Source: Squalus acanthias
Lineage: Eukaryota
DNA: 64,000 nt
Direction of reading: 5' to 3'
Assembly: GCA_030390025.1 (NCBI GenBank)
Contig: CM059431.1
Coordinates: 141,052,001-141,116,000 of the forward strand
The notes beneath the pieces were generated by a model. That model was not told the DNA's origin, did not search any database, and saw nothing but the letters and a program-made list of their open reading frames with translations. The translations under genes and the position numbers were made by a program. Shown here in pieces: positions 49,501-61,767 of the stretch; the first letter of the stretch is position 1; each line of letters opens with the position of its first letter.

Positions 49501-50958
49501 TCTCCTTCCTGTCTTTTGCTTTTATCCTTGTTTCCCTTTATTCTGTCTCCCTGCTCAGGTTCCCAACCCCTTCCCACTTTAGTTTAAAACCTCCCCAACA
49601 GCACGAGCAAACACTCCCACTAGGACATCGGTCCCGGCCCTGCCCAGGTGCAGACCGTCCCGTTTGTACTGGTCCCACTTCCCCCAGAACCGGTTCCAAT
49701 GTCCAAGGAATTTGAATCACTCCCCATTGCACCATTCCTTCCCCACGGATTCATTTGAAATATCCTCCTATTTCTACTCTGACTAGCACATGGCACTGGC
49801 AGCAATCCTGAGAATACTACCTTAGAGGACCTATTTTTAAATTTACCTCCTAACTCCCTATATTCTGCTTTTAGGACCTCATCCCGTTTTTTACCTATAT
49901 CGTTGGTGCCTATGTGCACCACGACAACTGACTTTTCGCCCTCCACCTCCAAATTGTTTTGTAGCCGCTCCGAGACGTCCTTGACCCTTGCACCAGCGAG
50001 GCAACACATCATCCTGGAGTCTCGTTTGCGGCCGCAGAAACGCCTATCTATTCCCCTTACAATTGAGTCCCCTATCACTATAGCTCTTCCACACTTTTTC
50101 CACCCAGCCTGTGCAGCAGAGCCACCCATGGTGCCAGGAAGTTGGCTGCTGCTGCCTTCCCCTGACAAGTCATCACCCCCAACAGTATCCAAAGTGCTAT
50201 ATCTGTTTGAGAGGGGGGTGGCCACAGGGGAGCCTTGCACTAGCTGCCTGCACCTCTTGCTCTGCCTGGTGGTCACCCATTCACTTCCTGCCTGTTAACC
50301 CTTTACCTGCGGTGTGACCAACTCGCTAAACGTGCTATCCACGACGTTCTCAGCGTTGCGAATGCTCCAATATGCATCCATCCGCAGCTCCAGAGCCGCA
50401 ATGTGGTCTATCAGTAGCTGCAGCTGGATACACTTCCCACACACATGGTCGTCAGGGACACAGGTAGTGTCCCTGCTTTCCCACATATAGCAGGAGGAGC
50501 ATATCAAGGGGCGGAGCTCTCCTGCCATGACTTACCCTTTAATTAATTTAAATTCAATTAAATGAATCCCACCAATTTCACTTCAATTAAGTGATATACT
50601 CAAGGTCCCTTTCTTAACAGTAGTCCCCGCTACACAACAGAGACCCTAGAAACCGCAAAATTTTAAGTTTAGAAAAATTTACAAGGAAAATACTCACCTA
50701 CCAATCAGTTACCTGCTTCTTGGTTACGTAACAGTTAGATTGTTTTTTGCTTCCCTCTCCCGGACCTGGATTAGGGAAAATCCCCCTAGCTCACCGCCGC
50801 TTGCCGCTCCTAGGGCTGCCTCCACTGCTCTGGGCCGACCACGCCTCGGGGCTCACCTTTATACCGCCGCTCGCCGCTCCTCGGGCTGCCTCCGCTGCTC
50901 TGGTCCTACCACGCCTCGGAGCTCACCATATACCGCCGCTCGCCACTCCTCGGGCTGC
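46502..50958 (-). mobile_element. Essentially full-length CR1 LINE with few disablements (ORF1 zinc finger + SGNH esterase; ORF2 APE + RT)
   Basis: ORF1 starts at 50528 (CSSC...CGKC, IVIGDSIVR, VHIGTND). ORF2 runs 49456-46599 (ETWL, GDFN, SDHN, DFQKAFDKVPH, FADD). A CR1 tail lies at 46502. Confidence 0.95.
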
Positions 50959-52545
50959 GGGAACCCGTGGGACTGCAATCTGGCAGAGTGTGGGAACCCG
51001 TGGGACTATGTTCTGGCAGAGTGTGGGAACTCGTGGGACTGTGTTCTGGCAGAGTTTGAGAACCCGTGGGACTGGACTCTGGCCGAGGGAGGGAACCCGT
51101 GGGACTGGACTCTGGCAGAGGGAGGGAACCCGTGGGACTGGAATCTGGGAGAGTGTTGTAAGATTAGGATCACTGGCCACACACAGATTACCCAAAGGGT
51201 TTTAGGAGTTGCAAGGCTTTTATTAAACAGCTGCAGTTTAAAAGCATAATCAAATATTACATATCGTTTAAGCTGAGTATAATAGACTTACAACCCATGA
51301 CAGTCGAAAGCGATCTACAACTCTCGAAGCGGAATGCCACAACCGGATGGACGGTGAGGCAGTACGGTGGTCTCGGATTGGGTGGACTCCTGCAGTCTGC
51401 TGCAGCGATCACTTCCGTTGGGTCATTCCTCAAGCTGTTGGAGGTGTTAGGCCGTCAGCCACCTCAGAGGCTAAACTTGACCAAGGTGACACCTTGGGGA
51501 AGCCTTCGCCCCTAACTGCCTGATTTCCTCTCTCGGTCATTTATATTTATAGATATTTCGGTGGACTGGTAATCACCTGATGTCAATTATTTAATCCCAC
51601 ATCCTATTGTCCAAGTGTGAAACGGGAAGGCATCACTCGCCGACCCTTTCTGCATGGCTACGAGGCCTCCATCTTATCTTTCTGAGGAATGTTTTGTTAT
51701 GTTTCTTAAAGGACATTTTATGACATTTCGGCTCCATTTTTGCTTATTATCGCACCATCCTGTGTTGTTTTGCATTTTACGATTCCCTTATCACTTCTAT
51801 TTGTCTTTTGATGCTTGTTATTCGATCTTGCTGGCATTTCTGCTATCTGTTCCCGGTTGCATGTTGTCAGTCCCTGTTCTAAGAATTAAAACTCAACTTT
51901 GATTCTAACAGCTTTTTCTTACAGTGTGGGAAACCGTGGGATGGAATCTGGCAGAGTGAGGGAACCCGTGGGATGGAATCTGGCAGAATGTGGGAATCCG
52001 TGGGATGGAATCTGGCAGAGTGTGGGAACCCGTGGGATGGAATCTGGCAGAGTGAGGGAACCCGTGGGATGGAATCTGGCAGAATGTGTGAATCCGTGGG
52101 ATGGAATCTGGCAGAGTGTGGGAACCCGTGGGATGGGATCTGGCAGAATGTGGGAACCCGTGGAATGGAATCTGGCAGAATGTGGGAACCCGTGGGATGG
52201 AATCTGGCAGAATGTGGGAATCCGTGGAATGGAATCTGGCAGAGTGTGGGAACCCGTGGGATGGGATCTGGCTGAGTGTGGGAATCCGTGGGATGGGATC
52301 TGGCAGAATGTGGGAACCCATGGGATGGAATCTGGCAGAATGTGGGAACCCGTGGGATGGAATCTGGCAGAATGTGGGAATCCGTGGAATGGAATCTGGC
52401 AGAGTGTGGGAACCCGTTGGATGGGATCTGGCAGAGTGTGGGAATCCGTGGAATGGAATCTGGCAGTGTGTGGGAACCCGTGGGATAGAATCTGGCAGAG
52501 TCTGGGAACCCATGGGATGGAATCTGGGAGAGTGTGGGATCCGAC
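50959..52545. repeat. 33/32-bp minisatellite (TGGAATCTGGCAGAGTGTGGGAACCCGTGGGA) split by a solo LTR
   Basis: About 6 units at 50959-51156, about 19 units at 51924-52545, and one further monomer at about 46460-46500. Confidence 0.95.
51157..51923 (-). mobile_element. 767-bp solo LTR
   Basis: TGTAAGA...TCTTACA termini, 4-bp TSD GTGT, minus-strand TATAAATATAAA near 51545 and AATAAA near 51220. Confidence 0.85.
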
Positions 52546-53077
52546 AGAACGAAAGGGAACCAGGAGAGCGGGGCCAAGATGAGAAGGACAGCGGGAAGAG
52601 TCGAACAAATCAATAGACGGAGAGAGCCCCACTTTGAATTAATAAAATATCAATCATATTTTGTTTTCCACTTCTAAATACCGATCAGTGAAATGAAATG
52701 AAAAGGGATTCGATCAAATCGGTAAAGGAAGAGATTGGATCATTTCAAAACGGGAATTTGTTAACATATTTAAAATGTGATTCTTAAATTGTTGATTATA
52801 CTAAAATATTTAAGGATAATCTGCTGAACTGAGCAAGGAAGAGATCAAGGTAAGACTGGAGGTACCCGGATGTGAGGTCTCGTGCGGGCCCTCGCCCACA
52901 GCGGGTGAAAGATCTGAAAACTGCCGACACTACGAGAAGCTGGGATCGTTTTCCATAGAGCAGAGAATGTTCAGGGGAGATTTAACAGAGATGTTCAAAT
53001 TATGAGGGGCTTTGAGTAAATAAGGAGAGAATGTTTCCACTGGCAGGAGGGTCAGTAATCAGAGGATGCGTATTTAA

Positions 53078-53495
53078 ACATAGAATCTAGGAGCAGGAGT
53101 AGGCCATTCGGCCAGTCGAGCCTGCTCCACCATTCAATACGATCATGGCTGATCATCCAAATCCAGTACCCTGTCCCTGCTTTAATCCCCACAGTACACA
53201 TATCCCACCCTACCCCCGTAACCCCACGTATTTAATTCCCCTTAACATATCCCATCCTATCCCCATAACCCCACATATTTAATCCCCCCCTAACACTAAG
53301 GGTCAATTTATCATAGCCAAATCAACCTAACCAGCACATTTTTGGACTGTGGGAGGAAACCGGAACACCAGGAGGAAACCCACGCAGACACGGGGAGAAT
53401 GTGCAAACTCCACACAGACAGCCACCACGAGGTCAGATTCAAACCCGGGTCCCTGGAGCTGTGAGGCACCAGTGCTAACGACTATGCCACCGTGT
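53078..53495 (-). mobile_element. HE1-like SINE abutting a CR1 tail
   Basis: Same head and body as 13009-13315, with an internal duplication of about 48 bp. Confidence 0.8.
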
Positions 53496-53619
53496 TAAGG
53501 CAATTGGATAATGATCCAGGGAGGAGTTGAGGAGATTTATTTTATGTAGCGAACTGTTATAATCCAGAATGCATTGCCTAAAAGGTTCATGGAAGCGAAT
53601 TCAATAATAAAAAAAAAAA

Positions 53620-54055
53620 ATTGCATGTTTACATCTCCTTTCATGATTCAAGACATCCTAAAGCGCTTTAGAGCCAATGAAATACTTTTGAAGTGTAGAC
53701 ACTGTTGTCATGTAGGAAGTGAGACACCAATTTGCGTAGAGCCAGCTCTCACCAATAACCATGCAATGATGACGAGGGATGTTGGTTGAGGGATGAATAT
53801 TGTCCAGGACTCTGTGGAGACCTCCCCTGCTCTTCTTTCAAATATTGCTGTGGGATCTTTTACGTCCTCCTGACAGGGCAGTCGGGGACTCGGTTTAATG
53901 TCCCATCTGAAAGACGGCACCTCCGACAGTGCAGCACACCCTTAGTACTGCATTGGTATGTCAACCTAGATTTTGTGTTCAAGTCACTGGAGCGGGACTT
54001 TAACCCACTAATATCTCATTCAGAGGCGAGTGTGCTACCACAGAGCCACTGTTGA
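53620..54055 (-). mobile_element. SacSINE1/DeuSINE-like SINE
   Basis: Reverse complement of the 36356-36806 element. Confidence 0.75.
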
Positions 54056-55066
54056 CACCATTATAAAAATAGTAACTTTAAAAGAGAACTGGATATTTAC
54101 TCGAAAAGGCAAGGTTTGCTGGGCTGAGGGGAAAAAGCAGGTTTGTTGGACTAATTGGATACCTATTTCAAAGAGCTGGGAGAGGCATGATAGGGCGCAT
54201 GGTCTCCTTATGTGCTTTCTGATTCTATGATTCTATGTTGCTTGCATTGTCCGCCCATTAATGCCAATGTAATTAAACTAATGAAGGTGGGGCGGGGGCG
54301 GGAGGGTTCAGGAAAGAGTGCATTTAAAAGCAGTGATATTGCAAAGCTCTAGAACAGAGTAGAGTTTTGAGTAAAAATAAATAGAGTGGGCCCGGAAGGG
54401 AGATGTAGAGTAACAAAGGTAATAAGGCATCAGTGACTAAGGTGACAGCAGGGAAAAACAGAAACATGTCAAAGCTAAAACGATTATATCTGAATGTGCG
54501 AACATTCGAAACAAAATAGATGAATTAATAGCGCAGATAGTAATTAAAGGTTTAATCTACAAGCCATAACGGAGACGTGGTTGCAAAGTGGCCAAGGTTG
54601 GGAAATAAATATCCAGGATATATAACTTTTAGAAGGGATAGGCATAATGGAAAAGCTGGAGGTGTAGCCCTGATAATAAAGGATGGGATAGAGACAGTAG
54701 AGAGAAAGGATCTTAGATCTGAAAATCAAGAAGTAAAATTAGTTTGGTTGTAGCTAAGTAACAGCAAAGGTCTGAATAAAATGGTGGGAGTTGTTTATAG
54801 GCCCTCAAACATTAGTTGTAATGTAAGGCAGAGAATAAATCAGGAAATTAGAGGCGGAGGTAGCAAAGGTAAAATAGTAATGATCTACATATAGACTGGG
54901 CAAACCGAATTTGCAGTAATAGCGTGGAGGTCGAATTCATGGAATGTATGCAAGATAGTTTTCAAGACCAGTATGTTGAGCAACCAACCAGGGAACAGGA
55001 ACGTAGATCTAGTATTGTGCAATGAGAAATGGTGAATTAACAACCTTGTAGTAATATTAGTGACCA

Positions 55067-55489
55067 TGTTGAGGTTGCCGCGAAACACGAATTAAGACTG
55101 AATCTATGTGTGGAAAACAAAGGCTTTTTAATACAACTGCATGGTTCAAAATGGCTGAAATCCACTGCACCCAGAATTCTCTGGAAAAATCCTGAGGCCC
55201 CGCCCACTCCTTTTCTCCTGCCTTAAAGGCAAAGTGCCTCAAAGGCAAGGTGCCCGATTTTTTTGTCCACGGACGGAGAAGTGAAATATGCCCGTTTAGG
55301 TGGCGATCCGCCACACAGCTCCCCCCAGAATCCGCTTAGGAGGTGTGGACGAGACGGTGCGGCAGTCTGATGGGCCGGCCGGAGCGGCTCTTGTAGGACG
55401 CCGGTGTACGTGGAACGGCCGGGCATGGAGCAGCCGGGTGAACTGGCTTGAGGGCAGGTCGGCCGCATGGTGGTGGACGAGCTACAGGG
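55067..55489 (-). mobile_element. Gypsy element 3' end (integrase C-terminal tail, polypurine tract and about 249-bp LTR at 55067-55315)
   Basis: On the minus strand SRSGRPIRLPHRL* is followed by the purine tract GGGGGGAG and then TGTGGCGG...CAACA. Confidence 0.7.
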
Positions 55490-56087
55490 ACCACACAAGA
55501 GGTTATACAACAAAATTAGGGCTCATGGGATTGGGGGTAATATACTAGCATGGACTGAGGATTGGTTAACGGACAGAAAACAGAGAGTAGTAATAAACGA
55601 GTCATTTTCGCGTTTGCAGGCTGTAACCATTGGGTACCGCAAGGATCAATGCTTGGCCCGCAGCTATTCACAATCTGCATCAGTGATTTGGATGAGGGGA
55701 CCAAAAGTAATATATCTAAATTTACTATGGCAAATGGAGAAATTTGAAGTTATCCACATTGGTAGGAAAACAGAAAAGCTGAGTATTTTTAAATGGTGCG
55801 AAATGGAGAAATGTTATTGTTCAGAGGGACCTGGGTATCCTTGCACACTAATCACTGAAATTTAACATACAGGTACATCAAGCAATTAGGAAAGCAAATG
55901 GTATGTTGCCCTTTTTTACAAGAGGATTTGAGTATAAGAATCAAGACGTCTTCCTGCAATTATATAGGGCCCTGATGAGATCAAACCTGGAATATTGTGC
56001 ACAGTTTTGGTCTCCTTACCGAAGGAAGGATATATTTGCCATAGAGGGAGTGCAACGATGGTTCACCATACTGGTTTCTGGGATGTC

Positions 56088-59000
56088 ATAGGCACCAACG
56101 ATATAGGTAAAAAAGGGGATGAGGTCCTAAAAGCAGAATATAGGGAGTTAGGAGGTTAATTAAAAAATAGGACCTCAAAGGTAGTAACCTCAGGATTGCT
56201 AACAGTGCCACGTGCTAGTCAGAGTAGAAATAGGAGGATATTTCCAATGAATACGTGGCTAGAGGAATGATGCAAGGGGGAGGGATTCAAATTCCTGGGA
56301 CATTGGAACTGGTTCTGGGGGAGGTGGGACCAGTACAAACCGGACGGTCTGCACCTGGGCAGGTCCGGGACCGCTGTCGTAGGGGGAGTGTTTGCTAGTG
56401 CTGTTCGGGAGGATTTAAACTAGTGTGGCAGGGGATTGCGAAGCTGAGCAGGGAGACAGAGGAAAGCATGTCAGGAAGGGACAGAAGGTATGGAGTAAAA
56501 GGTAAAGTGTTAAATAAGGAAAAAACAGGAAGTAAGTGTCGCAAAACACATTTGAAAGTTCTTTATCTGAATGCACGTAGCATTCGTAACAAAATTGACG
56601 AGTTAACGGCACAAATAACTATGTATGGGTATGATCTTGTGGCCATTACAGAAACATGGCTGCAGGGTGACAACGTCTGGGAATTAAATATGCCAGGGTA
56701 TTTAACAATCAGGAAGGACAGGGAGGAATGAAGGGGAGTGGGGGTGGCTATGTTAATAAAGGAAGGAATCTCTGTAATACAGAGAAATGATATTGGGTCA
56801 AAAGATCAGGATAATGAAACAGTTTGATAGAGATTAGGAATAATAAGGGGGAAAAAAACATTGGTGGGCGTATTATATAGGCCTCCTAATAGTAGCAACT
56901 CTGTTGGAAGAAGTATTAATCAGGAAATAGTTGGGGCATGTAATAAGGGAACAGCTATAATTATGGGGGATTTTAACTATCATATTAACTGGACAAATCA
57001 AATTGGGCAGGGCAGCCTTGAGGAAGAGTTTATTGAGTGTCTTAGGGATGGATTTCTTGAGCAGTATGTAACTGATCCTACAAGGGGGCAAGCAACCTTG
57101 GACCTGGTACTGTGTAATGAGTCAGGATTAATTAATAATGTCCTAGTTAAGGATCCCCTTCGAATGAGTGACCATAACATGGTTGAATTCCATATCCAAT
57201 TAGAGGGTGAGAAGGTTGGTTCTCAAACAAGCATACTGAGCTTGAATAAAGGAGACTATGATGGCATGAGAGCAGAATTGATTAAAGTGGACTGGGAAAA
57301 TAGATTAAAGGGTAAGACGGTACATGAGCAGTGGTGTTCATTCAAGGAGTTATTTTACAACTTTCAAAATAAATATATTCCACTGAGGAAAAAAGGGTGT
57401 AAAAGAAATGACAGCCATCCATGGCTAAGTAAAGAAATTAAAGAAAGTATCCAACTAAAAACAAGGACATATAAGGTAGCCAAAGTTAGTGGGAGGATAG
57501 AAGATTGGGAAGTCTTCAAAAGACAACAAAAAGTAACTAAAGGATTGATTAAGAAAGGGAAAATAGACTGTGAAAATATTTAGCAAAAAATATAAAAACA
57601 AATATCAAGAGTTTCTATAGTTATATAAAAAGAAAAAGGGTAGTTAAGGCAAACGTAGGTCCCTTAGAGGATGAGACCGGGAAATTAATGGTGGGAAACA
57701 TGGAGATGGCAAAAATGCTGAACAAATATTTTGTTTCAGTCTTTACGGTAGAGGACACTAAGAATATCCCAACACTGGACAAACAGGGGGCTCTAGTGGG
57801 GGAGGAGCTAAATACGATTAAAATTACTAAGGAATTGGTACTCAGTTAAATAATGGGCCTCAAGACGGATACATCCCCTGGACCTGATTGGTTACATCCT
57901 AGGGTCTTGAGGGAAGTGGCAGTAGGAATTTTGGATGCATTGGTAATAATTTTCGAAAACTCCCTGAACTCAGCAAAGGTCCCGGCAGATTGGAAAACTG
58001 CTAATGAAACACCCTTATTTAAAAAGGGTTGTAGGCAGAAGGCTGTAAATTATACACCTGTTAGCCTAACATCTGTGTTGGGTAAAATTTTGGAGTCTAT
58101 TATTAAGGAGACAGTAACGGAACATTTACATAAACATAATTTAATAGGACAAAGTCAGCATGGCTTTATGAAGGGGAAGTCATGTCTGACAAATTTGTTC
58201 GAGTTCTTTGAGGACATAACGTACAGGGTGGATAAAGGGGAACCATTGGATGTCGTGTACTTAGACTTCCAGAAGGCATTCGACAAGGTGCCACATAAAA
58301 GATTATTACTCAAGATAAAAAATCACTGGATTGGGGGTAATATTCTGGCATGGGTGGAGGATTGGTTATCTAACAGGAAGCAGAGAGTTGGGATAAATGG
58401 TTCATTCTCGGACTGGCAACCAGTAGCCAGTGGTGTTCCGCAGGGTTCGGTGCTGGGTCCCCAAATCTTTACAATCTATATTAACGATTTGGAGGAGGGG
58501 ACCGAGTGTAACATATCAAAGTTTGCAGATGATACAAAGATGGGAGGGAAAGTAGAGAGTGAGGAGGACATAAAAAACCTACAAGGGGATATAGACAGGC
58601 TGGGTGAGTGGACAGAGATTTGGCAGATGCAATACAATATTGGAAAATGTGAGGTTATGCACTTTGGCAGGAAAAATCAGAGAGCAAGTTATTATCTTAA
58701 TGGCGAGAAACTGGAAAGTACTGCAGTACAAAGGAATCTGGGGGTCTTGGTGCAAGAAAATCAAAAAGTTAGTATGCAGGTGCAGCAGGTGATCAAGAAA
58801 GCCAATGGAATGTTGGCTTTTATTGCTAGGGGGATAGAATATAAAAACAGGGAGGTATTGCTGCAGTTGTTTAGGGTGTTGGTGAGACCGCACCTGGAGT
58901 ACTGCATACAGTTTTGGTGTCCATACTTAAGAAAAGACATACTTGCTCTCGAGGCAGTATAAAAGAAGGTTCACTCGGTTAATTCCGGGGATGAGGGGGT

Positions 59001-59550
59001 GGACATACGAGGAGAGGTTGAGTAGATTGGGACTCTACTCATTGGAGTTCAGAAGAATGAGAGGCGATCTTATTGAAACATATAAGATTGTGAAGGGGCT
59101 TGATCGGGTGGACGCGCTGAGGATGTTCCCAATGATGGGTGAAACTAGAACTCGGGGACATAATCTTAGAATAAGGGGCTCCTCTTTCAAAACTGAGATG
59201 AGGAGAAACTTTTTCACTCAGAGGGTAGTGGGTCTGTGGAATTTGCTACCCCAGGAAGCTGTGGAAGCTACTTCATTAAATACATTTAAAACAGAAATAG
59301 ACCGTTTCCTAGAAGTAAAGGGAATCAGGGGTTACGGGGAGCGGGCTGGAAATTGGACATGAGTTTGAGTTCGGATCGTTCAAGGCCCTGTGGGTGGCGG
59401 AGCCGAGTGGCCTGGTCCTGCTCCTGCTTCTTGTGTTCTTTAGAGTTGAGGTTGGATCAGATCAGCCTTGATCTCATTGAATGGCGGAGCAGGCTCGAGG
59501 GGCCGATTGGTCTACTCCTGCTCCTATTTCTTATGTTCTTATGTTCTTAT
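56088..59550 (+). mobile_element. Young CR1 (ORF1 3' part and near-intact ORF2)
   Basis: DGLHL esterase end, YLNARSIRNK, a 369-aa RT ORF at 57853-58962 with FADD, and a (TATGTTCT)n tail. Confidence 0.95.
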
Positions 59551-61767
59551 GGGGGGATTCTCTAATGAGAAGAGATTGAGTTGACCAGTTCTATATTCTA
59601 TAGAGTTTAGAAGAATGGGAAGTGATCTCATTGAAAGATACAACATTCTTACAGGACTTGACAGGGTAGATGCATGAAGGATGTTTCCCCTGGTTGCGGA
59701 GTCCAGAACCAGGGGTCACAGACTCAGAATAAGGAGTCGTCCATTTACGACTGTGATGAGAAGGAATTTCTTCAGTCAGAGTGTGGTGAACCTTTGGAAT
59801 TCTCTACCCCAGAGGGCTGTGGAGGCTCAGTCGTTGAGTATATTCAAGACAGAGATCGATAGATTTTTGAATATTAAGCGAATCAAGGGATATGGGGTAG
59901 TACAGGAACGTGGAGTTGAGGTAGAAGATCAGCCATGATCTTATTGAATGGCGGAGAAGGCTCTAAAGGGCCAAATGGCCTTCTCCTGCTTCTATCTCTT
60001 GTGTTCTGTTGTTCTTATGAATGCAAGCTATGGAAGCGCTTCCCAAATTTTCCGATAATCTGCTCGCTGTGTGTGTGAGACTCCGGCCGTAGGGCAGGTC
60101 TGGGAGATCCCAGCGCTGGAGTTGACAAGCAGAAAGTAGGTAAGAAAGTGTTAGTGGGTGTGGAATTAAAATGTATTCTACCATTTAATAGAGAATAGGA
60201 GACAGCGTGGGTAGAAGTCATTATGTAGGGAGCAATATTAAGGATAAAGTAAATGCCTTATAAATTATCAAAAAATTCTAGCAGGTAGATAGTATGGACA
60301 AGCAAAGACTGTTTGGTAAATATTCGGAGTAGTTCACAAGTGAATTACTGAAGGAGGGCTTGTATGAGTGGCAGCGATCAACGGATTTGAAATGTTATTA
60401 CAGAATTCAACCAGATAAAATGGGAACCTGGAATCCAGGGACACAGACACCCCGAGATAGCGGAATGGGGTCTGACTGGAGTACCGGTTTATTGACACTT
60501 TTGCAAGTTTCCTCAATTAGAGACAATTCCTGAGGATTCGACAATGGCCGCAATAATCCCAGTGTTTAAAATAAGGTCGGTAGAGATCCAGTGAGTGAGC
60601 ACCTGGGAAAGGAGGAAAGTAAAACAGAATTATCTCGGTTTTGAGGGGCGATTTGTCATCTTTAGCGAACAAGCTTCCACATCGACAAACGGTGAGAAAT
60701 TATGGGATGGGTGGGAGATCTGGCACTGCACAGACAGCTAATTACAAAATGAAATTAGGTTATCGACAAATGGAAACCTGTAAGGGAAGGGTGACTATTG
60801 AACCTCTGGAATCTTCCTTGGTACCAATTTATTTACAATCTTTTGTTCAATAGAACCAATGTGCAACCGCATAATAAGACGGTAATTACCAAAGATTCTT
60901 TATGACCGTCTCCAGATGTTCAGCCATAGACAAGAATACTTATTATCAGTTTGATTTTACCTGAATTTCTGGCATTGTTTTCTAAAAGTTACTTGCAACA
61001 ATTGTAATAGTTAAGAACCTTATGAATAAACATTAATTTGTACATTCCTTAACATTTTGTTTGGGAGACTGATTGAGACATAGTAGCAATAATATTACCC
61101 ATGATACTTTTATCGACAGCACAGAACAACAGCAGGCCCCATCTTTGTGCTGAGTGAGAGACTGCAGTCAGTGAACAATCGAGATTTTAAATCAGTATCT
61201 GGGACAAAAGAGGTGAAAGGTCACATCGATGAGCCGAATATCGACTGTTTCCTCCATTCGAACATTGATCACGTGACAAGATCCCGCTCCATTTGTTAAT
61301 GAGGAATGGAGTCCGATAGAGAGACCCGCGCCTGCAATATTCACACCAAACCTGCAGGAAAGTACCAATATCAGCGATCGCAAGATCGTTGATTGTTTCG
61401 GCACCGAATTAATCTTTATTGATGATTTTAAACTGGCGCGCCCGATCCCAGTACCTGCAGTGAAAGGTGGATTCCTCTTTTGCGCACTTTCCGACTCCAC
61501 TGCTGAACCTCATCATTGTTATCTATGATCCCTGAATTTGAATTGTGATAAATTCGCTGGAATAGGTTCTGTTTACTCAGCAAAAGCAGTGTGAAAAACT
61601 AAAAAAATGCAGACATCAAACGCATGCTGCAAAATGGAAGAAAGGTGTACACAAGAACTCATCCATTTTTCACATTACCAGAAAGAAAGACGTTTTACGG
61701 TGGAAAAGGAGTTGAAATTGAGCTTTAGTTACAAGGAAGCTTTTGTTTAACCTGATTCTTCTTATTC

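Larger units (their letters stand above)
54330..60017 (+). mobile_element. Old CR1 pieces (54330-55066, 55490-56087, 59551-60017) interrupted by younger insertions
   Basis: The endonuclease, RT and tail motifs remain in the expected order across the insertions. Confidence 0.7.

Noticed and set aside
51879..52632. ORFs of 200-244 aa on both strands
   Set aside because: They are translations of the 32-bp minisatellite.
57853..58962. Long RT ORFs as possible domesticated host genes (also 31208-32104 and 46599-48337)
   Set aside because: They are embedded in ordinary CR1 copies with flanking stops, frameshifts and CR1 tails.
61192..61530. Open frames on both strands in non-repetitive, CpG-containing DNA
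   Set aside because: No identifiable motifs or convincing splice signals.
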